From: an uncultured Verrucomicrobiae bacterium
Lineage (GTDB): Bacteria; Verrucomicrobiota; Verrucomicrobiia; Chthoniobacterales; JAFAMB01
DNA: 64,000 nt
Assembly (NCBI GenBank): GCA_963762565.1
Contig: CAVXLD010000012.1
Location: 416,001 to 480,000, forward strand
Direction of reading: 5' to 3'
The notes below the pieces were generated by a model. That model was given only the letters and a program-made list of their open reading frames with translations. It made no database searches and was not told the DNA's origin. Shown here piece after piece: positions 18,339 through 28,880 of the stretch (positions within the stretch are counted from its first letter, which is position 1; every line of letters starts with the position of its first letter). Both the position numbers and the translations under genes were made by a program.

Positions 18339-19292
18339 TCACCGGGTCGGGGTAAGCCACTGAGAACCGACCCGGGGATCCGCTAGATTACGGAAAAGAT
18401 GCTTAAACGCGTGCCAATAGCTGGGAAACGGGGCCATCTCATCCGGATTCTTCGGTTCAAGTGCCGAAGCGAATAACGGGAGCTCGGCATGCGGAATGCC
18501 CGAGCGCCAATGATGGACGCCATGAAACGGTTCGTGTAGCAGAGTTAAAGCAACAAATTTTCCGAGTGGCCCTTTTGCGATGATACTTCGGGTTGAGCCA
18601 TTCACTGTCGACCCAGTCAGGCCGACATGTTCGATGTATTTACGCCAGCTCTGCATGTTCCCGGCCAAGACTGCCGGCGCCAGATACAACCACAAAAAAT
18701 AAACCCAAGTTTTCGTGATCGCGACAACTCCGAGAATGCAAACCCAGGCGACCCCCATCAAAAGGAATTCCTCCCAAATTTTCCGCCGAACCTTCGTGTT
18801 GCGGATAGGGGAGCCCTTTCGAAAAAAGGTGCGGACGAACAAAAATGGGGTGTAAAAGGTGCCGATGGTGAGCTCGAGAAACGCGCAGAGAATTCGGAGC
18901 CATCGGGGCGTGCCAGGGATATCGAACGGCCAGAGTTCTTCGTCTTTTTGAGTCGCCAGGTGGGCGTGATGCAGTTGGTGCGCGGCCCGGTAAAGGTTGA
19001 AGCTGGTGAAGCTCATCACGCCGATGATGACGCCGTCGATTTCGTTCAAGCGCCGGTTTTTGCGGAGCAACCCATGAGTTGCTTCGTGAAAACCGATCAA
19101 CATCCCGTGCATGAGATGGCTCACAATCAGCATCAACAGTACGCTCACCCAAATCCATCCCAGATACACCGAGAGGGTCAGCGCTGCTTCGGTCACAAAA
19201 TAAATCGCCGCTAGCAGTGGGAAAGCAGCCCGGCTTACCCAGGTTGGCTGCTCCTGTGGGGTCACGGCTTCGGTCGAAGGGGTCGTGCTCAT
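18339..19292 (-). CDS. Membrane-bound fatty acid desaturase family protein
   Basis: His boxes HEATH, HQLHH, HGVHH; TM segments; ATGA overlap with the upstream C-domain gene. Confidence 0.9.
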   Translation of the reverse strand: MSTTPSTEAVTPQEQPTWVSRAAFPLLAAIYFVTEAALTLSVYLGWIWVSVLLMLIVSHLMHGMLIGFHEATHGLLRKNRRLNEIDGVIIGVMSFTSFNLYRAAHQLHHAHLATQKDEELWPFDIPGTPRWLRILCAFLELTIGTFYTPFLFVRTFFRKGSPIRNTKVRRKIWEEFLLMGVAWVCILGVVAITKTWVYFLWLYLAPAVLAGNMQSWRKYIEHVGLTGSTVNGSTRSIIAKGPLGKFVALTLLHEPFHGVHHWRSGIPHAELPLFASALEPKNPDEMAPFPSYWHAFKHLFRNLADPRVGSQWLTPTR

Positions 19293-20653
19293 GAATCTTT
19301 GCCCGGAAAAGTGTTAATCCGACTCTCAGGGGAACGACAAGCGGCTGCCAGTATCGCCTGAAAGAGGTTAACTAGGTTTTCAATTTCTGCCAGTGGGAAC
19401 AGGTCGGGCCGGAAGAGCCACACTACCTCGAGTCCTTCATCTATCACGGTGATTTCGCAGCCGAGGTGGAATCTGGCGGTACCGGTGGACCGCATGCTAA
19501 GGGACGCAGATAATCCGTGGAGTGCCACGTCCGGCATCGGATGGTTCTGCAATGCGAAACGCACTTCGAAGATCGGGTTATGTCCCGCCCTTGGAGTTTC
19601 CCCCATAGCCGTCACCAGCTCGACAAAAGGCATGGCTTTGGCGAAACATTCCACAGTTCCTTCATGCACTTTTTTGAGATGATCCGAAAAGACCCGGTCA
19701 GGCTCTACCTGCCCGCGAATAGGAACAATACCTGCGCAGTATCCCATCGTTTCCCGGACCGCCTGGGTGCTTCGGTTAGCGACGGGCGTACCCACGAGTA
19801 CATCAGCCTCGCCTGTCCATTTAGAAAGCGCGATCTGGAACGCGGATAGCAGAGTGCTAAAAAGCGTTGCGCCGGTTATGCGAGCAAGTTCCCGCACCGC
19901 ATTGGCGAGATCGATCGGAAAATAAAAGACGCGCCGCTCCGCAGGTCCCGAGGCGGTCATTGATCCTTCAAAGGAACTCCAAAGTCTCCGGGTTCCAGCC
20001 AGATAAGATCTCCAGAACGGCGCGCGGCGTTCTATTTCAGCCGGCTGCCAATAAGAGCGTTCGGCTGTGCCCCAAGCGCTGTACGTTAACGCTACTTCCG
20101 GGAGTCGCTCCCGCGGAGAGAGGATGCCGGTTAAGTAGGCGGCGCACAAATCCTCAACGAATACCCCCAAACTCCAGCCGTCCGCGACAGCATGATGAAT
20201 AGCCAGAACCAAGACATGAGTATCCTGGCTTAGCCGCAGAACTTCCACTCGATAGAGCGGCCCTCGCACGAGCTCGAACGGCGTACGGAAAACTTCCATG
20301 GCTGCCTCTTCGACCACTTCGTCGCGGACTAGCCCGTCGGAAAGGCTCCGGTACCGGAGATTAACATCCGCGCTCGACCGGATCATCTGGAGCGGGCGCT
20401 CTTTGCCGGGCAGGATCGAAAGCCGCAGGACTTCCTGGCGTTCCATTACCCGGCGGACAGCTGACTCGCAGGTTTCCTGAGTCACCAGGCCTCGCACCCG
20501 GATCAGGCAACAGATATGATTGGCAACGTCCGCAACCGGGACCGGCGATGCTTCCCAGAGCTCTCGTTGCGGAAAGGTCAGAGGCTGCAGTTTCGCTTTT
20601 CCACTGGCCAACCAGTCCTTGAGCGCGGCGCGTTTATCTACAGACACATCCAT
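19289..20653 (-). CDS. Stand-alone NRPS-type condensation domain protein / acyltransferase
   Basis: PLTFPQRELW, HHAVADGWS (HHxxxDG), VGTPVANR, HNPIFEV; no A or T domain. Confidence 0.9.
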   Translation of the reverse strand: MDVSVDKRAALKDWLASGKAKLQPLTFPQRELWEASPVPVADVANHICCLIRVRGLVTQETCESAVRRVMERQEVLRLSILPGKERPLQMIRSSADVNLRYRSLSDGLVRDEVVEEAAMEVFRTPFELVRGPLYRVEVLRLSQDTHVLVLAIHHAVADGWSLGVFVEDLCAAYLTGILSPRERLPEVALTYSAWGTAERSYWQPAEIERRAPFWRSYLAGTRRLWSSFEGSMTASGPAERRVFYFPIDLANAVRELARITGATLFSTLLSAFQIALSKWTGEADVLVGTPVANRSTQAVRETMGYCAGIVPIRGQVEPDRVFSDHLKKVHEGTVECFAKAMPFVELVTAMGETPRAGHNPIFEVRFALQNHPMPDVALHGLSASLSMRSTGTARFHLGCEITVIDEGLEVVWLFRPDLFPLAEIENLVNLFQAILAAACRSPESRINTFPGKDS

Positions 20654-20655
20654 TG

Positions 20656-23600
20656 CTAATGAACGACATCTCTTGAATCCGAAAGTTTCTCTTCGGTGGT
20701 GTCTTCTCCTAGCAAGCCCGCAATTTCCTCATCAGATAGCGCAGTCAAATCGACTTCCTCGCTGAGCGTTTGCCCGGCCTCGCCTCGAGCGGCCGCTTTT
20801 TTCGCCGGCGTCCCGCCGCTTCGTTTTGCGCCCATGTATTCTGCGATCAGCGTGACGATTTGGCCGATCGTGCGCGCTCGAGTCAGGCTGGCCGGCGGTA
20901 GCGACACTCCCAGGGAGGCATCAAGCGTATTCTCGATCTCAACTCCCATTAACGAATCGAGCCCTAGATCCGTTAACGGCTGATCATCACGCAACGTCTC
21001 CGGTTTCACCCGCAGGACGGACGCGACGGCGTCGCGCACTGCTTGCCCGACGATGCCTTCCACTTCATCCGGCGCTGCTGATTCGATCCTTTGGCGATAA
21101 TCGCTGACCTTACCGGGGCTGTCGTTCCCTTCGATGGCCGAGAAAATACGTTCGAGTAACGGTCTTTCCTGCATGCTGCGGAAGACCTGGCGCCATTTCA
21201 CCCAATCAATCCGGATCGCCATCACTTGATCGGCATTCGCCATGAGCGAAGACTCCATCAGGTCAACCACCTCATGGGGCGAAAGTTCACCGGTTCCTTG
21301 TCTGGCGAGAAACTCAGCCACCCTTTCATTGCGGGCCACGTAACCCTCGCCACCAAGTGCTCCCCAGTTGATCACGAGAGCTGGTAAACCCAGTGCCCGG
21401 CGATGATGCGCCAAGGAATCAAGGAAAGCATTGGCCGCAGCATAATTGCCCTGCGCCGGATTTCCAAAAATGCTCGAGACAGAGGAGAACATCACAAAGC
21501 AATCGAGTTCGAGGTCACGCGTTGCTTGATGGAGTAACCAGGCTCCCCGTGCTTTAGGGGCAAGCACGCTCCGCATCCGGTCGCTGGTCAGCGCCGCTAG
21601 CGGGGCGTCGTCGATCACCATGGCCAAGTGGAAAACGCCTTTTAACGGACGATTGGCTGTCCGGACCGTCGCCATCAGCCGAGTCACGTCTTCTTCAGAT
21701 CCGGCATCCGCGCGGATCGCGGTGACGGAAACACCTCGCTCGCGAAGCCGATCCACGAACCCTTTCGCTTCCGGAGTTTCTGCGCCGCTCCGGCTGACCA
21801 GTACCAGGTCTCCTGCACCGGCTTCTACTAACCATTGGGCAACGACTTTACCGAATCCTCCGAATGCCCCCGTGATCAAATAGCTGCCCTGCGTATCGAC
21901 ATGAAATCCTGCGGTCAGCGGTTCTCCTCGTCGGGGAAGGAAGGCTTCGGGGAATGTGACCAGCACTTTGCCGATATGCTTGCCCTGAGCCATCAACCGG
22001 AAACCTGCGTCAACCCGAGCCGCCGGATAAGATCGGTATGGTAGCGGTCTAAGAGAGCCGCGCTCGATGAGATCGGAAATCTCTTCCAGCATCTGCCGGG
22101 TCAAAGATTCATCACCGGAAAATACCGCATCCATGGCCACCACATGAAAAGATGCATTCCGGCGGAGCGGCCAAAGGGGGATACGTGCGTTCTGATAGAT
22201 ATCTCGCTTCCCGATCTCGATAAATCGGCCGAACTCCGTCAGACACGAAAGTCCCATTGGAATCGCTTCGGAGGCAAGTGCATTCAGTACGACATCAACT
22301 CCGCGCCGTCCGGTGATCTGCATGACCGCATCCGCAAAATCGCCGCGACGGGAATCAATGACGTGCTTAACGCCCAATCGCTCGAGCAAGTTTCGCTTAG
22401 TTTGGCTGCCCGCCGTGGCGATTACTTTTGCTCCCAGGTAATGGGCGATCTGAATCGCCGCCATCCCAACACCGCCGGCGCCAGCGTGAACCAGGATAGA
22501 TTCTCCCGGCCGCATGCGGGCCACATTCTGCAACGCGTGCCAAGCCGTCATGAACACGACCGGCAACGTGGCGGCCTCTTCAAACGATAATTCACCGGGA
22601 ATGCGGCGCACATCGCCACCTCGGGCTAAGGTGTGGGTAGAGAGCCCAAACACTGAAAGGCCGAAGACGCGGTCACCAGGCGCAACATGATCGACGCCGG
22701 ATCCCACCGCTTTCACAATCCCGGCAACTTCGTCCCCAAAGAGCCGTGCGTCCGGCGCCTCCATCGGATACAAAGCGAGGGCTTTTAATACATCCCGGAA
22801 ATTCAGGCCGGCTGCTTTAACTTCGATGAGCACTTGGCCCGGGCCGCAATCCGGTGCGACAAAGGGTTTGAAACCGAGGGTATCAAGATGCCCGCGTTCG
22901 CGGGACTCGAGTCGCAGAGGAACTGCCGGATCGAGCCGCTCGTCAACCGACGAGCGACCGCGAACGATGCGCTGAACGTACCTGGCTTGGCCCCTGAATG
23001 CGACTTCTCGTTCCCCGTCAGTCCGCATCAATTCTTGCCAGAGGAAAGAAAAGTCAGAGGGTGACGGCTCAAATCCGAGATCGATGCCGCGGCCGGAGAA
23101 GTTCGAGTACTCATTGAGGACTACGCGGAAGAGACCAAGCAGGGGAGCTTGAGCAACATTGGGAGGGATTTCCGCCCAGCCGGCCGGCTGTGCGCCGCGA
23201 GTCACCAGATCGATGCGAAGCTTTCCCGTCGGGCCGACGACGGAGTCCAAAGCTTGGACCAAATGGAGCAACGCGTCTGTCCCCATCAATGCGGGGTCTT
23301 GTTTCGAGTCTCGATTTGCCGGTTCCGTCCAGAGATAAACGATCCGCTCGAGCGGCGCATCCTGGAAGCACTCTTGCAGTACGCTCTTCCAATCCTCAAC
23401 GGACTCGGGAGCAACCGTAAAAACTCCGGTTCCGTTGCCTGGAAAATGGTTGCCGGGTCTAACTACCCTGCAGGTTGTATCCAACTGACGGAGTTGGGTT
23501 GCGAGTAGGTCTCCCAGATCAGACGCGTCGTCGACAATCAGCCACGACTTTTCTGACGGCGCTTCTATCGAACCGTTGGGCCATGCGACCGGCGTCTCAG

Positions 23601-26600
23601 CAGGTTTCTGCCAGGCCTTCCGCGCGAGCAGACCGATCTGGCCTTCGCCTTCCGGGCCAACCAGACCAGGAAGGGTTATTGTCTCGGCGAATCCGGTTTC
23701 CCGGAGGACACTCTCCCATTGAGAACGGCCCAGCAACGGGTGCTCCTGACGCAAATCGCTATCCGTAAAGCGCCACCATCCTGATGTCAGACCGAAGACG
23801 ACCTCTGTCCATAGTTGCGGGTTGGCGAGGTCCATGAAAGCCAAGCTGCCTCCCGGAGCCAGTAGGCTGTGTAGTTCCCTTAGCTCTGCCCGCAAGTCGC
23901 GGACGGCATGCAACACGTTCGTTCCAATGATGAAGTCGAATGTGCCGGCTTCAAATCCTTGCTCGGCAGCGGGTTTCTCCAGATCGTAAGTCTTAAATTC
24001 CACGTTGTGGAAATTGGCCAGCTTTTGCTTGGCGCCGCCGAAAAACGCCGGAGATACATCCGTGAAAGTGTAGGAATGCAGTTCATGGTCGATCAACGGC
24101 AACACATGAGCTGTTAATCCTCCGGTGCCGGCTCCCACTTCCAGAATTCTGAGCCCACGACCTTCCGGTAAATGGCGCGCTGTTTCCTGGATTGCGGCGG
24201 CAATCGCGCCGAGCCAATGGCTGGCGTAGAGCCCCTCGCAGTAGAAATGATCCAGCAAGTCCACTGCGCTTCCCGCGAATAGTACCTGTACGGCGTCTTT
24301 TTCTCCCCGTAAGATTGGGCCAAGTTCAGCGCAATTGTCCACGCAAAGCAGGCCCTCTGCGGTGTATCCGGGATGTTTAGTTATAAAGGTCCGGAGAGCG
24401 TCGGCGGCGGAATCTGCGGCCCGGGTGAACGCTGTTGTCGGTCGATAGCTGTCTCCATTCTTTTCGAGCCAACCGCGTCTGGCCAGGTTAGCCAGGAAAC
24501 GTTCAAACACGTGGCGCATCGGTTCCGCGACTTGCAAAGATTGGCTCGAGAAATCGACAGCCCCGGTTACAGATGCCATCTTTCGAATGCCATCAGCAAG
24601 CTGTTCCGCTGCCAGCTGATCTTGGTCGATTATCGCCTGGATCATCTGAGATCGGCCTCGCATGGTGAGCACCTCATCCAATGCTGCCTGCGCGGCTTCC
24701 CGCACCCGGCCAAACGGGATTGGCTCTGGCAGAGGCCCCGTCGATCCAACCGGTGTTCGCTCCCAGGTAAGGTGGTAGAGCACGTTGCGGCTAACAGCTT
24801 GCGCTCCTCCTCGATGGCCTCCGGCGATGGCAATTGCCCGGAAACCGTCTACCAGCACACAAGGCTGTCCTTGCTCGTCAAACAGTTCGATCCGGCCTTC
24901 AACGTATTCGTTGCTGCATTGGTGAACCGTGGCCCGTACCCGGGTGTTATCCCCGGGAGATTGAAGGAATAAAATTTTAGAAAATCGGACCGGCAATTTT
25001 AGCCCGGCTTTGCGGTCTTCCTTGGTGGCGGCCGCCGCCGAAAAGACGTGGAGAGCGCCATCGAAAAGTACGGGGTGAAGCGAGTACTCACTTGCCCGGT
25101 CGATAATTCGTTTTGATAAAGCGACCTGTCCTTCAGACCGCCCGTTGCTGGCCGAAAGGGCGCGGATCGGCCGGAACTCTTCCCCATAAGGGAGTCCCAG
25201 ATCGCTCATGTGCCGGTAGAAGTCTTCAATCCCAACCGGGGTTAGATCGGACACCGGGGAAGAATCCCAGGATGCTGTGCCAAAGCTGGTCTCTGTCCGC
25301 TCGCTGCGCATTGAGCCGACCACATGCAGGGACCACGCCGCCCCGTGATGCATTTGGCTCTGAATCGAGAAGGTTCGCTCGTTTGGGTCGTAGGAGAGCT
25401 CAAGCTGAAGCTCAGAAGGGGTATCGGACAGGATCAGCGGTTTCCGAATCTCGAAGTCTTCGACGATAAAGGGTCGTCCATTGAACAGCTGGGTGCCGGC
25501 CTCCAAGATCATCTCAACAAACGCAGCAGCCGGGAAAACGACTAAATTCTCCACCTTGTGATCCCGGAGGAAAGCCAGGTGCCGGCCGTCCAAGCGACTG
25601 ATCCAGGTGGGCGTAGCCCGCGGTAGTTTGACCTCGAGTAATCCGCGGGAGCCTGAGCTCAAGCGGCTTTCTGCCCAATCATTGGATTCGTTCCACCACC
25701 GGTTCTTGTCCCAAGCATACGCTGGGAGTGAGAGTAACCGGCGAGATGGGGTCATGCTGGTAAAGTCCAATCCGACATTGGCTCGGTGCAGGCTCATCCC
25801 AGTCTCGAGCAGTGATTCGTGTTCGCGCTCTCGCCGGATCGAAGAAAATACCGTGGTCTTGGTTCCGTTGCGTCCAGCCAGACAATCTTGAATTGACCGA
25901 ACGAGGGCGGGTTGCGCGCTAAGTTCGAGCCAAACGTCGATCCCCGTCTCGCTTACGGCGTCGACGGCGGATGCAAATTGAACCGGCTGCCGTACGCCGC
26001 GTCCCCAGTGTTCAGCGACACAATCCGTTCCAGCGCATTTCTGACCGGTGACCGTGCTGAAGAAAGGTACCTTCTCCGGATGCGGAACCAGATCAGCCAA
26101 CGCCGCCTCCAACTCTTCGGATGCAGGCCTCATCAACGGATGATGAAAAGGATGGTCCACCCGGACGAAGCGGGCGAATACCTCATCGGCCTCGAGTTCC
26201 GTCGCGATCGCTTCCAAAGAAAGCTTTGGTCCGGCTAGGGTGAGCGAGTTAGGACCGTTAAAGGCCGCGATAGTGATGGTGCGATCATATTGCGCCAGCC
26301 GAGCCCGAGCGGCCTCTTCATTTAAACCGACGGCCAACATCGTACCCTGTCCGCGGGCGCAGTCATCCATGAAGCGAGCTCGTAACACGATTATCCGAGC
26401 TGCTTCTTCAAAGGTGAGGACGCCGGCCACGAATGCAGCCGCGATTTCACCCACGCTGTGACCCACCACAGCCGCGGGCTCAATTCCCCAGGATTTCCAC
26501 ATTTCTGCCAGAGCCACCTGAATGGCGAAGATGGCCGGTTGAGCCACCTCTGTCCGCGCCATTTGCGTCTCTTCCTCCGAGCGGCTGAGCTCTTCGATCA

Positions 26601-28356
26601 GTGAAAATCGGCTATACGGCCGCATGGCGGCATCGCAACGCTCAATGGTTTGGCGAAATAGGGGCTCATACTGCATGAGCTCGCGGCCCATGCCCCACCA
26701 TTGCGGCCCTTGCCCGCTCATCACGAAAGCCACCCGTGGGCTCTGGGTTGGTCGAGGGGCAAACGTGGTTTGGATCTTTGGCCCCGGCTGTCCGGTTGCG
26801 TAATTCGTCAGTTCCTGAACGACCTCGACTAGTGACCCGGCCACCAAAGTGAGCCGGTAGGGATGATGATTACGCCGAGTGCCTAATGTGTAGGTCAAAT
26901 CGGGCAGAATAGGAGAGCTGCCGTTAGCAGCCGCGTGTTGCTCGACCCAGGTAGCCATGCGCATGGCATAACCTCGCAGCGATTCTTCTGAGCGGGCCGA
27001 CAACATCACCGGCCAAGCTCGTTCAACCTCGATCTTTTCGTGCTCCGTTTGGCATTCTACCGGGGGCTCGACCAAAAGGACGTGTGCATTTGCGCCACCG
27101 AAGCCGAAAGAATTGACGCCGGCCATTCGGGAACCAGACGTCTCCGGGAACGGCTCCAAGGTTGTGGGTATCCGCAGCTTCAGCGCTGCGAAATCGATGT
27201 TTGGATTTGGTGTATTGAAATGCAGGCTGGCCGGGATACGACCATGTTTCAGCACTAACATCGCTTTCAACAGACCAGCCAGACCGGCAGCGGTCTCCAG
27301 GTGGCCCAGATTCGTCTTTACCGATCCAATCGGTAACGGTTTATCCGCAGGGCGATCCTGGCAAAGGGCCTTCGAAAGGGCATACGCTTCAATCGGGTCA
27401 CCGACCGCCGTGCCGGTTCCATGAGCTTCAACGAACCCGATCTCAGAAGGAGAAATCCCAGCGTTTACACACGCCTCTGAGACGAGTCGGGCCTGCGCTT
27501 CAGCACTGGGAAGCGAGATCCCATTCGTATGACCATCCTGGTTGAGTGCGGTGCCGATAATGATCCCTTGGATGGGGTCGCCATCCTCGATCGCTCGAGA
27601 GAGCCTTTTGAGCAGTACCATGCCGGCTCCTTCGCCACGGACGAAGCCATTGGCCGCAGCGTCGAACGCTTTGCATTTCCCTTCCGGCGAGAGCATTGAA
27701 GCTTGCGAAAATCCGATGAACCCGCCGGGAGTAATGATCACCGTGACCCCCCCGGCCAGCGCTGTATCGCCGCGGCCCGCGCGAATGTGTTCGCACGCCA
27801 TATGAACAGCCGTTAATGCGGACGAACAGGCCGTATCCATCGCCACGCTCGGCCCTTGCAAATTTAGGCAATAGGAAATTCGGTTAGCGGCGATGCTGTG
27901 GGCGGTGCCCGTCGGCGAATGGGGTCCGATCCCAGAATGGTCGAAAGCGGTACTCTGAATTCCCTGATATTCGTTGTGCGAAATACCGACGAAAACGCCG
28001 ATGTCGGTTCCGCGCTCAAAATCGAGCACCACGCCTGCGTCTTCGATTGCTTCCCAAGCCGTCTCCAGGAGTAACCGATGTTGCGGGTCGACATAGGGAG
28101 CTTCCCGTGGCGAGATGCCAAAAAACTGTGGATCGAATTGGTCGATGTTCTCCAGAAACCCGGCCCGCTTGGCTATCGATTTTCCAGGGAGTCCAGGTTC
28201 CGCGTCGAAAAAGCGTTCTATGTTCCAACGGTCCGGCGGGACGTCAGTTACGGCTTCGCGTGCCTCGACCAGCAGTTTCCAAAATGACTGAACGTCATTT
28301 ACTCCGCCGGGGAATCGGCATCCGATGCCAATAATTGCGATAGGATCTTTCGACAT
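20656..28356 (-). CDS. Single-module highly reducing type I PKS: KS-AT-DH-cMT-ER-KR-ACP, no TE
   Basis: KS DTACSS/HGTGT/NLGH; AT GHSVG and HPFH; DH LRDHKVENLVVFP with DGALH; MT LEVGAGTGG/NVLH; ER VHAGAGGVG; KR GAFGGFG/YAAAN; ACP LGLDSL. Confidence 0.96.
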   Translation of the reverse strand: MSKDPIAIIGIGCRFPGGVNDVQSFWKLLVEAREAVTDVPPDRWNIERFFDAEPGLPGKSIAKRAGFLENIDQFDPQFFGISPREAPYVDPQHRLLLETAWEAIEDAGVVLDFERGTDIGVFVGISHNEYQGIQSTAFDHSGIGPHSPTGTAHSIAANRISYCLNLQGPSVAMDTACSSALTAVHMACEHIRAGRGDTALAGGVTVIITPGGFIGFSQASMLSPEGKCKAFDAAANGFVRGEGAGMVLLKRLSRAIEDGDPIQGIIIGTALNQDGHTNGISLPSAEAQARLVSEACVNAGISPSEIGFVEAHGTGTAVGDPIEAYALSKALCQDRPADKPLPIGSVKTNLGHLETAAGLAGLLKAMLVLKHGRIPASLHFNTPNPNIDFAALKLRIPTTLEPFPETSGSRMAGVNSFGFGGANAHVLLVEPPVECQTEHEKIEVERAWPVMLSARSEESLRGYAMRMATWVEQHAAANGSSPILPDLTYTLGTRRNHHPYRLTLVAGSLVEVVQELTNYATGQPGPKIQTTFAPRPTQSPRVAFVMSGQGPQWWGMGRELMQYEPLFRQTIERCDAAMRPYSRFSLIEELSRSEEETQMARTEVAQPAIFAIQVALAEMWKSWGIEPAAVVGHSVGEIAAAFVAGVLTFEEAARIIVLRARFMDDCARGQGTMLAVGLNEEAARARLAQYDRTITIAAFNGPNSLTLAGPKLSLEAIATELEADEVFARFVRVDHPFHHPLMRPASEELEAALADLVPHPEKVPFFSTVTGQKCAGTDCVAEHWGRGVRQPVQFASAVDAVSETGIDVWLELSAQPALVRSIQDCLAGRNGTKTTVFSSIRREREHESLLETGMSLHRANVGLDFTSMTPSRRLLSLPAYAWDKNRWWNESNDWAESRLSSGSRGLLEVKLPRATPTWISRLDGRHLAFLRDHKVENLVVFPAAAFVEMILEAGTQLFNGRPFIVEDFEIRKPLILSDTPSELQLELSYDPNERTFSIQSQMHHGAAWSLHVVGSMRSERTETSFGTASWDSSPVSDLTPVGIEDFYRHMSDLGLPYGEEFRPIRALSASNGRSEGQVALSKRIIDRASEYSLHPVLFDGALHVFSAAAATKEDRKAGLKLPVRFSKILFLQSPGDNTRVRATVHQCSNEYVEGRIELFDEQGQPCVLVDGFRAIAIAGGHRGGAQAVSRNVLYHLTWERTPVGSTGPLPEPIPFGRVREAAQAALDEVLTMRGRSQMIQAIIDQDQLAAEQLADGIRKMASVTGAVDFSSQSLQVAEPMRHVFERFLANLARRGWLEKNGDSYRPTTAFTRAADSAADALRTFITKHPGYTAEGLLCVDNCAELGPILRGEKDAVQVLFAGSAVDLLDHFYCEGLYASHWLGAIAAAIQETARHLPEGRGLRILEVGAGTGGLTAHVLPLIDHELHSYTFTDVSPAFFGGAKQKLANFHNVEFKTYDLEKPAAEQGFEAGTFDFIIGTNVLHAVRDLRAELRELHSLLAPGGSLAFMDLANPQLWTEVVFGLTSGWWRFTDSDLRQEHPLLGRSQWESVLRETGFAETITLPGLVGPEGEGQIGLLARKAWQKPAETPVAWPNGSIEAPSEKSWLIVDDASDLGDLLATQLRQLDTTCRVVRPGNHFPGNGTGVFTVAPESVEDWKSVLQECFQDAPLERIVYLWTEPANRDSKQDPALMGTDALLHLVQALDSVVGPTGKLRIDLVTRGAQPAGWAEIPPNVAQAPLLGLFRVVLNEYSNFSGRGIDLGFEPSPSDFSFLWQELMRTDGEREVAFRGQARYVQRIVRGRSSVDERLDPAVPLRLESRERGHLDTLGFKPFVAPDCGPGQVLIEVKAAGLNFRDVLKALALYPMEAPDARLFGDEVAGIVKAVGSGVDHVAPGDRVFGLSVFGLSTHTLARGGDVRRIPGELSFEEAATLPVVFMTAWHALQNVARMRPGESILVHAGAGGVGMAAIQIAHYLGAKVIATAGSQTKRNLLERLGVKHVIDSRRGDFADAVMQITGRRGVDVVLNALASEAIPMGLSCLTEFGRFIEIGKRDIYQNARIPLWPLRRNASFHVVAMDAVFSGDESLTRQMLEEISDLIERGSLRPLPYRSYPAARVDAGFRLMAQGKHIGKVLVTFPEAFLPRRGEPLTAGFHVDTQGSYLITGAFGGFGKVVAQWLVEAGAGDLVLVSRSGAETPEAKGFVDRLRERGVSVTAIRADAGSEEDVTRLMATVRTANRPLKGVFHLAMVIDDAPLAALTSDRMRSVLAPKARGAWLLHQATRDLELDCFVMFSSVSSIFGNPAQGNYAAANAFLDSLAHHRRALGLPALVINWGALGGEGYVARNERVAEFLARQGTGELSPHEVVDLMESSLMANADQVMAIRIDWVKWRQVFRSMQERPLLERIFSAIEGNDSPGKVSDYRQRIESAAPDEVEGIVGQAVRDAVASVLRVKPETLRDDQPLTDLGLDSLMGVEIENTLDASLGVSLPPASLTRARTIGQIVTLIAEYMGAKRSGGTPAKKAAARGEAGQTLSEEVDLTALSDEEIAGLLGEDTTEEKLSDSRDVVH

Positions 28357-28587
28357 AATTAAGTGGGTCGCGGGCCGACTGTGCGCAGAGAGCTCCAGCG
28401 TACAGATTTCGTTTCAGCGAAGTCAATGGTGTGGTGGATTGGGTTCACTTTGCCAAACAAGAGCAAAAAGAGAACACCACATTTCGATTTCGCGAACGAA
28501 ATCGAGTTCGGATTGATTAACTATTTGTTTTTTTGACGTTTCCATTGCAGCCTGCATTCAAATTCGCCACGTAAACCTGGCTGAAGG

Positions 28588-28793
28588 CCGTGGCGCTGCC
28601 TCGCTTGCGTGGCCGTGGTAAGCAAGGAAAATTGTTTAGTCAATCCTTATCGCTGCAGCGCTCTATCTCGCGACCTCGTCCATCTTTATAAACAAAAGCG
28701 ACGGCCTGACCAAGCGACTTCCACACCGATATCCTTGCGAACCACGGCCTCGCAAGCGAGGCAGCGCTCCACGGGTGGCGACCCCCTTAGGCC
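28588..28793. repeat. Family D REP inverted doublet in the PKS/asnB divergent region
   Basis: CCGTGGCGCTGCCTCGCTTGCGTGGCCGTGGT ... ACCACGGCCTCGCAAGCGAGGCAGCGCTCCACGGGTGGCGACCCC. Confidence 0.88.
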
Positions 28794-28880
28794 CTCCGCG
28801 GACAAATCAGCTAATAGCACGAGATGCGAATTGGAAACAAATGTTTGACCGGTCCCCGATAGGCGCTGAGCCTTAATAAG

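Noticed and set aside
20696..28334. Numerous antisense/alternate-frame ORFs within the PKS (and other long genes)
   Set aside because: Shadow ORFs expected in GC-rich coding DNA; no motifs
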